Below, piece by piece: positions 58,246 through 64,000 of a DNA stretch of 64,000 nucleotides (the first letter of the stretch is position 1; each line of letters starts with the position of its first letter). Source of the DNA: Bacteroidia bacterium (GTDB lineage: Bacteria > Bacteroidota > Bacteroidia > Bacteroidales > JAPLDU01); contig JAPLDU010000069.1 in assembly GCA_026391255.1 (NCBI GenBank), positions 367 through 64,366 on the forward strand, in the 5' to 3' direction. Both the position numbers and the translations under genes were made by a program. Under the pieces are notes generated by a model. The model was not told the DNA's origin. It was given only the letters and a program-made list of their open reading frames with translations, and made no database searches.

Positions 58246-60273
58246 TTGAAAAATACGATTTTAATATTTTGGGCTTTTGCTGCCTGCATTTATTCTTCCA
58301 AAGCTCAATGGCAGCAGACCAATGGACCATTTGGTGGAACAATAAAATGTACTGTTGTAAGTGGAATAAATCTTTTTGCCGGGTCAAATGGTGATGGAGT
58401 ATATTTATCAACAGATTATGGAGCCAATTGGTCCGCTGTAAATACTGGTTTAATAGATAAAAATGTTAATTCATTAGTAATTAGTGGAAATAACCTATTT
58501 GCCGGAACTCATAACGGTGTATTTCTGTCTGCCAATAATGGTAATAATTGGATGCCCATGAACACAGGTTTGACAAATACAAATGTTCTTTCATTAGCTG
58601 TTAAAGAAAATACTCTGTTTGCAGGAACTAGTGGTGGACTATTTATTTCTAATGATAACGGTGAAAATTGGAATTCTGCGAATAATGTGATGACAAATCA
58701 ATATGTGCTTTCATTAATAGTCAATGGTACTGAGATTTATGCAGGTACTAATGACAGCGGGGTATATTTATCTACAGATAATGGAACAAGCTGGACAATT
58801 GTAAACAATGGCTTGACGTGTTTGAATGTGACCTCTTTTACGATTAAAGGAACTGATATTTATACCGGTACTCAAAATGGAGTATTTTTATCATCAGATA
58901 ATGGTGCAAATTGGAATTTAATGAATTCAGGCATTACAAGTAGTTGGGTATGTTCATTAGCTGTATGTGGTTCTAATCTTTTTGCAGGAACACTAGATGG
59001 CGGAGTGTTTATATCAACTAATGATGGCACAAACTGGTCTGCAGAAAATAATGGTCTTTTACCATATACAGGTGTAAATTCGCTAACAGTCAAAGATTCT
59101 GTTCTTTTCGCCGGAACTAATTATCGGGGAATGTACAAATCAGTAAATAATGGGTATATATGGTCTGCTGTAAATTCTGGATTAATGTTCACGGAGGTCA
59201 GTTCGGTTGCTTTATGCGGAACAAATATTATTGCAGGGACTAATAACATCGGTGCATTTTTATCAAAGGATTATGGTTCAAGTTGGACACCAATAAATTC
59301 AGGTTTATCACTTGGTATTGAAAACATATTTGTATTTGGAACAAATATTTATGCCGGGACTGATGGTGGAGGAATATTTTTATCCTCAGATACAGGTTCT
59401 TCCTGGTCAGCTGCTAATACTGGAATTCCGGCAGGAATTTGTGTCTATTCTTTTGCAACAGATGGAACAAATATATTTGCAGGAACTCAATGGGGATTAT
59501 TTTTATCAAATAATAATGGAACAAGTTGGACTCAGGTTAATCCGGATTTAGCAGAAATAAACATTTTATCATTAATTGTAAATGGAATAAATATTTTTGC
59601 AGGAACTTATGGTGATGGTGTTTTATTATCAACAAATAATGGCACAAACTGGACTCCTGTGAATACAGGGTTGATAATACCTTACGTTTCTTCATTGGCA
59701 TTATTTGGTACTAATCTGTTTGCAGGAACAGCAGATGGGTTGTGTGTATCAGAAGATAATGGGACAAACTGGACATCAACTAGTATTTTATATGTAAGAG
59801 TTACTTCATTGGTTTTAAGCGGTTCTAATATTTTTGCAGGAACTTATGGTAGTGGAGTATTTTTATCCACGGATAATGGAAGTAGTTGGAATGCTGTGAA
59901 TTCAGGTTTTACTGATACTTATATTAATTCTTTAGTGGTAAATGGGTCTAATATTTTTGCAGGTACCTCAATTGGAGTCTGGAAAAGACCTTTATCAGAT
60001 TTTACGACTATTAAAGAAATTAGTGATAATATTGGTTTTTTGTTAATCCCGTCCCCGTTATTCGATAAAGTTAAAATAGAAATTAAACAACCTATTAATG
60101 AAAGTCACATAAATCTTACTCTATATGATATACGTGGGAAAATAGTACTTGACCAATCTCTTCATAGTGAAAGTACTGATATTGATATCAGCTATTTGGT
60201 TGACGGTTTTTATATTGTGAAAATCCAGACCAGGGAAGGAGTGGAGTGTAAGAAACTGATAATAAATCGTTAG
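58246..60273 (+). CDS. Secreted beta-propeller protein with BNR/Asp-box repeats and a T9SS sorting domain
   Basis: Many ~40-aa repeats with IFAGT..GVFLS.DNG.NW; C-terminal LYDIRGKIV...GFYIVKI. Confidence 0.85.
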   Translation: MKNTILIFWAFAACIYSSKAQWQQTNGPFGGTIKCTVVSGINLFAGSNGDGVYLSTDYGANWSAVNTGLIDKNVNSLVISGNNLFAGTHNGVFLSANNGNNWMPMNTGLTNTNVLSLAVKENTLFAGTSGGLFISNDNGENWNSANNVMTNQYVLSLIVNGTEIYAGTNDSGVYLSTDNGTSWTIVNNGLTCLNVTSFTIKGTDIYTGTQNGVFLSSDNGANWNLMNSGITSSWVCSLAVCGSNLFAGTLDGGVFISTNDGTNWSAENNGLLPYTGVNSLTVKDSVLFAGTNYRGMYKSVNNGYIWSAVNSGLMFTEVSSVALCGTNIIAGTNNIGAFLSKDYGSSWTPINSGLSLGIENIFVFGTNIYAGTDGGGIFLSSDTGSSWSAANTGIPAGICVYSFATDGTNIFAGTQWGLFLSNNNGTSWTQVNPDLAEINILSLIVNGINIFAGTYGDGVLLSTNNGTNWTPVNTGLIIPYVSSLALFGTNLFAGTADGLCVSEDNGTNWTSTSILYVRVTSLVLSGSNIFAGTYGSGVFLSTDNGSSWNAVNSGFTDTYINSLVVNGSNIFAGTSIGVWKRPLSDFTTIKEISDNIGFLLIPSPLFDKVKIEIKQPINESHINLTLYDIRGKIVLDQSLHSESTDIDISYLVDGFYIVKIQTREGVECKKLIINR

Positions 60274-60292
60274 TTTGCAATTTATAAGATCA

Positions 60293-61126
60293 TCATTGAT
60301 TTACCATCAATCCAAACTCTGCCTTTATCAGCATCTTTATCCTTTCAAGGGATGATTTAGCATAATTGTATTTAACAAGAATCACCTTTGGTTCTTCATC
60401 ATCGTCCTCATTATCATCTTTGCCAGGTTGATTTTTCTTATATCTCAATTTGAAATATTGAAGTAACTGTTTCAGGTTGGAATGATAAGCGAGTTTTTCT
60501 GCTTCGATATCATATTTGAAACAGTGCTTTTCCAGTGTCTCCAGAAGTTGTTTCAGTAATTTGATCTTTTCGGCAAGCTCGTCCTGGCTGATTTTAATTT
60601 TATTATTGCTGTCTTGAATCAATTCAAGTTCGTTTTTGAAAAATTGAATCATGTCCCAGTGAAGGCTTTTTTCTTCCAGCTTCTGAACCTGGTTTTGCTG
60701 GTTCAGTTTCAAATTTTCCAGTCGCAGTTTTTCCAATTGCTCTTCAAGATTATGATCATCCATTATTTTTTTATGAAATGCAACCTGGTGATCCTGCTCA
60801 ATAATTTCCGGAAGTGTGTCCCGGAACGTTTTTTCCTTTTCAATTTTGTTGTTGTCCATAACGGTTTTGATTATTGGTTTACTACTTTTTTGAGACGGTT
60901 GGACACTTGTCCCGCCCTGTCCCTGCTTGTCCTGCATGTGTTCTGGTCTGTCCGGGACATGTCCCGGTTGTACATTTTCTTCATTACGTCCGGTTGGTTT
61001 ATTTTCTTCCTGAATCCACCGGTGAATTTTTGTTTTACTTGTCCCAAGCAGTGCGGCAATATTTCTGATGCTGTTTCCTGCCTTATGCATCTCCAGGGCT
61101 TTTTGAATTAAAATATTTTCTTCCAT
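60293..61126 (-). CDS. HTH-containing coiled-coil protein
   Basis: GNSIRNIAALLGTSKTKIHRWI. Confidence 0.6.
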   Translation of the reverse strand: MEENILIQKALEMHKAGNSIRNIAALLGTSKTKIHRWIQEENKPTGRNEENVQPGHVPDRPEHMQDKQGQGGTSVQPSQKSSKPIIKTVMDNNKIEKEKTFRDTLPEIIEQDHQVAFHKKIMDDHNLEEQLEKLRLENLKLNQQNQVQKLEEKSLHWDMIQFFKNELELIQDSNNKIKISQDELAEKIKLLKQLLETLEKHCFKYDIEAEKLAYHSNLKQLLQYFKLRYKKNQPGKDDNEDDDEEPKVILVKYNYAKSSLERIKMLIKAEFGLMVNQ

Positions 61127-61184
61127 TTTAAATATTGTTAATGTTTGAATGATCGGATGAGCATTTGATCATTTGCTCAAATAC

Positions 61185-62117
61185 TCAATTGCTCATCTGC
61201 TCGTTTTGAACAAGCATTTTTTCATACCTGGCATGACTGGTTTTTCTGAACAGACCGGAGATCAGGTAACGACCGTAGGTTGCCTGTGAAATGTTCATTG
61301 ATTCAGTTATTTTCCTGGCATCAGATCGGTCGAACGAGTCGGGCAGAGAGTTATAGAATGACATCAGGCTTTGCTCAACGGTTTCGTTGTATAATGTTTT
61401 CATGGCACGGCTGAAAATGTTCCTGAAATCTTCCTGGTCTTGTTTGCTGAATTGCCATTCAATTTCAGAATCAAATTGAAGCAGGCATTTCCTGTAATCA
61501 TAAATAATCCGTCCAAGTGAATTAAAAACGGTTTCTGTATCGTGTCCTGTGTCCCGGAAAACGTCCCGTAAAATCGGGACAGCAGGGAAAGAATAGAAAG
61601 CAAACCGGCTGAATAAACCGTTTTCTGTATCTGGTATCAGTTTGAAGAGTTGTCCCTTTTTCTTCTGGGACGCTGACGATTCCTTCATGTCGGCTTCATA
61701 ATTCTTTCTTGATTGCCTGGAAAACTCCCTCAATTCCCGGTGAATATCTTCTGCCAGTTTTCTTGTCCATTGCAGCATCCCTTTGCCTGATCCGGCAGGA
61801 GCTACCACGAATACAAAAAGATGCGGAAATACCTTTCTTCGGTCATATGTCCCGTAAATATTCGGCAGGCAGCCCGAAATGACTGATAGTGCCCCGAGCA
61901 GGATGATGTCTTTTTCTTTCCTGTCCTCAAACAGATTACAGGCCCGGGACAAGACTGACGGAAGGTAATCATAGATTTTGGCATTGAACTCATCAGAAAG
62001 GTTTTCGATGGATCGAGGTATGAAGAATACATCTTCCCCGTTTGCTTGTTTGTGTTTATAATTATCAGAATACATAGTTGTTCCTTTATTATAACTTAAT
62101 AGATTACTCAGAATCAT
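61185..62117 (-). pseudogene. DUF3987/VirE-like ATPase with an apparent internal in-frame deletion
   Basis: VVAPAGSGKG followed soon after by QLFKLIPDTENGLFSRF; the usual Walker-B-containing central segment is not visible. Confidence 0.6.
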
Positions 62118-62418
62118 CAGGAATCATGGCAGTTTCAGCAGGTCGGTGGATTTCCATCCATTTCATAATTTCATTTCTACGGAAATAGAGCTTCTTCCCT
62201 TGTTTACAAAAAGGAATCTGCCTCTTGCACGTCATGGTATACACGGTGGCAAGTGACAACCTGAGATATTCTGCAGCTTCACGGGCATCCAGGTAATCAT
62301 CCAGCGGGTGTTTTGGTTTTTCTGCAATTGGTTTCTGCAACCTTTCATCGAGCAGTTCTTCCACCGTCTTACGGATGAATCCCTGCAAATCTTCTGTTGA
62401 TTTTAAAATGTATGTCAT
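62104..62418 (-). CDS. HTH_17/excisionase-like protein
   Basis: YLDAREAAEYLRLSLATVYTMTCKRQIPFCKQGKKLYF. Confidence 0.9.
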   Translation of the reverse strand: MTYILKSTEDLQGFIRKTVEELLDERLQKPIAEKPKHPLDDYLDAREAAEYLRLSLATVYTMTCKRQIPFCKQGKKLYFRRNEIMKWMEIHRPAETAMIPDDSE

Positions 62419-62763
62419 AGTTTAAAATATTTCATGACATGCCACAAATCCGGAACCTTTATTTTTGATTTATTCGTTTTCTGTTTGCTTAGCTTCAATT
62501 TGCACTCACTTGCTTCGATCTGTCAGTTAATTTTTTCACCAGTTTTTTTGTCAGGTCTTTTTTACTGACATTTTGTGTCATTCTGGCAGATTTTAGGTGA
62601 TATGATTGGTCTTGATAATGTCTAAGACACGATAAGAATAAAATAAGGATCAGAATTTCAAGAAATATTTCGAAACATGTTACATTATTTAAATGGTAAG
62701 TGAAATTATCTCTACATTTGAAGTTAATTATTTGAGGATTGAAGTGACTTAAAACATTAATGC

Positions 62764-63402
62764 ATGAAAACAACATTTATTTTGATAGTACTTTTAGCTA
62801 ATGTTCTATTTTCTGATGCACAGGAGTACAGTGGACATCCGCAAATAAAAGGAGCTTTTCGTTCATTTGAAGAATTTAAGAATAATAAACCCAGCACCAT
62901 TTTTGATTTCAAAGTTAAATACCGTTCAGGATTTTCTATTTTTATGGTAGGAGGAAATGATATAAAAATAATATCACTTAATAACAATATTTCCAGTTAT
63001 AATATTAAAAAGGAGTTCTGGGGAATTTGCGATGGTGATACCATTTATATCAATAATTACTTATTCTCTAAAAACTTATGGTATAGTAAATTAAATAAAA
63101 TTGGAAGAGTATGTCTTTTTACTGGTGCATACCCTTCAACACCCCAGTTAGCTCAGAAGTTAGCTATGTCAGCATTTATGTTTGGAGCAATTGGCGCAGG
63201 CATTTATGGTGGCACAATGGCAACAAAAAGAGTTGGTTATGTACTTGACAATAAAACAGGTGATGTAATCATGCTTACCCGGGAAAATGTTGCGGAATTG
63301 TTGAAAGAAAACCAGGAATTATTTGATGAATATAATAAGGAAGAAGATATGGACGATGTTGAAATGATGTTTAAATATTTAGAAAAATATTATAATGATT
63401 AA
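62764..63402 (+). CDS. Hypothetical exported protein
   Basis: Signal-peptide-like N-terminus; G.F.SFEEFK.N.P motif; hydrophobic MFGAIGAGIYGG. Confidence 0.6.
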   Translation: MKTTFILIVLLANVLFSDAQEYSGHPQIKGAFRSFEEFKNNKPSTIFDFKVKYRSGFSIFMVGGNDIKIISLNNNISSYNIKKEFWGICDGDTIYINNYLFSKNLWYSKLNKIGRVCLFTGAYPSTPQLAQKLAMSAFMFGAIGAGIYGGTMATKRVGYVLDNKTGDVIMLTRENVAELLKENQELFDEYNKEEDMDDVEMMFKYLEKYYND

Positions 63403-63581
63403 TCACTTCACTAATCTTATAGATTGCCCAATTTACCTGATAAGCAGCATTATTCCATAAACTTGTTTCTAAACAGAGTTGCTGTCAGATAATTTTGTCT
63501 ATAAATAGGTATTTGTGAAATTTTATAAAAAAGAAAAATATTTTGGCAGAATGTTCTGAAATCTCCGGTTATCAGGATAGA

Positions 63582-63956
63582 TCAATTTTCTTTACTCTCC
63601 AATGATTTTAGTTCATCCTGATATTTTACATTTGAAGGATCAAATTCAATGGCTTTTTTAATAAAATCCTTTGCCAGCCGGATATTTCCCTGCTTTTTAT
63701 AAATCAGAGATAGATTAGAATATGCATTTACATAATCGGGATGATCAAGAATCATTTTGCTGAATATCTGTCCGGCTTTTTTAAGATCGTTGAGCTTCAT
63801 GTAGCAAAGGCCGGCATTATTAAGGTCTGACAACTGTGCTTTAATATTTCCCTCATCTCCTGCAATCTTCTGAAGTTGCTGGAATATTTCCAGCGCTTTT
63901 TTGTAATCTCCCGACTTGAATAGCCCATACGCTTGCGGCAGCAGCTGTTCTTCCAT
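63582..63956 (-). CDS. TPR-repeat protein
   Basis: LNNAGLCYMKL..LKKA, AYSNLSLIYKKQG...A.DFIKKAIEFDP. Confidence 0.85.
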   Translation of the reverse strand: MEEQLLPQAYGLFKSGDYKKALEIFQQLQKIAGDEGNIKAQLSDLNNAGLCYMKLNDLKKAGQIFSKMILDHPDYVNAYSNLSLIYKKQGNIRLAKDFIKKAIEFDPSNVKYQDELKSLESKEN

Positions 63957-64000
63957 GAAACTCAGGTTCTGTTTTTTTGCATCCTGTTTTGGTTCATTCA

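Larger units (their letters stand above)
56097..64000. mobile_element. Second integrative element/island at tRNA-Gly(CCC), partly decayed; right end outside the window
   Basis: Integrase directly after the tRNA, TTGTTAGTCGAT direct repeats before it, two HTH excisionase-like genes, truncated DUF3987. Confidence 0.75.

Overview
Bacteroidales-type chromosome segment. About 36.4-56.0 kb is ordinary host backbone: tRNA-Ser(GCT), a frameshifted trmD, DUF349, a TonB-dependent receptor, pyrG, yidC, a ROK kinase, GH20, GH29, an MBL hydrolase, DUF2975, rlmN, an FNR-type oxidoreductase and tRNA-Gly(CCC). Its intergenic spacers are filled with 7-9-bp tandem repeats. Two integrative elements sit at the tRNA 3' ends. 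Element 2 (from 56.1 kb, running off the right edge) looks like a decayed Bacteroidota integrative element. Element 1 (~2.6-36.4 kb, left att not seen) is the unusual part. It has a tyrosine integrase, then AT-rich cargo, two units of which are bounded by attC-type sites with matching cassette cores, and then one ~21.6-kb minus-strand operon. That operon resembles a tailless, probably membrane-containing virus. It encodes a transglutaminase-like Cys protease, several small beta-rich capsid-like proteins, membrane proteins, two lytic transglycosylases, fibre proteins, holin/spanin-like genes, and a split DarB/RadC/MTase antirestriction payload ending in a RecA-like ATPase. I recognise no terminase, portal, HK97 capsid, tail or replicase. 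Features read directly from the DNA include two A9 runs where a -1 shift fuses a basic protein to the ATPase or adds a membrane anchor to a lysozyme, an in-frame amber codon in the helicase, a recurring [ILMF]xGxG-type motif, and a shared C-terminal ELEALALE(L/V)EL tag. All product names come from motif recognition by eye; no database searches were run.
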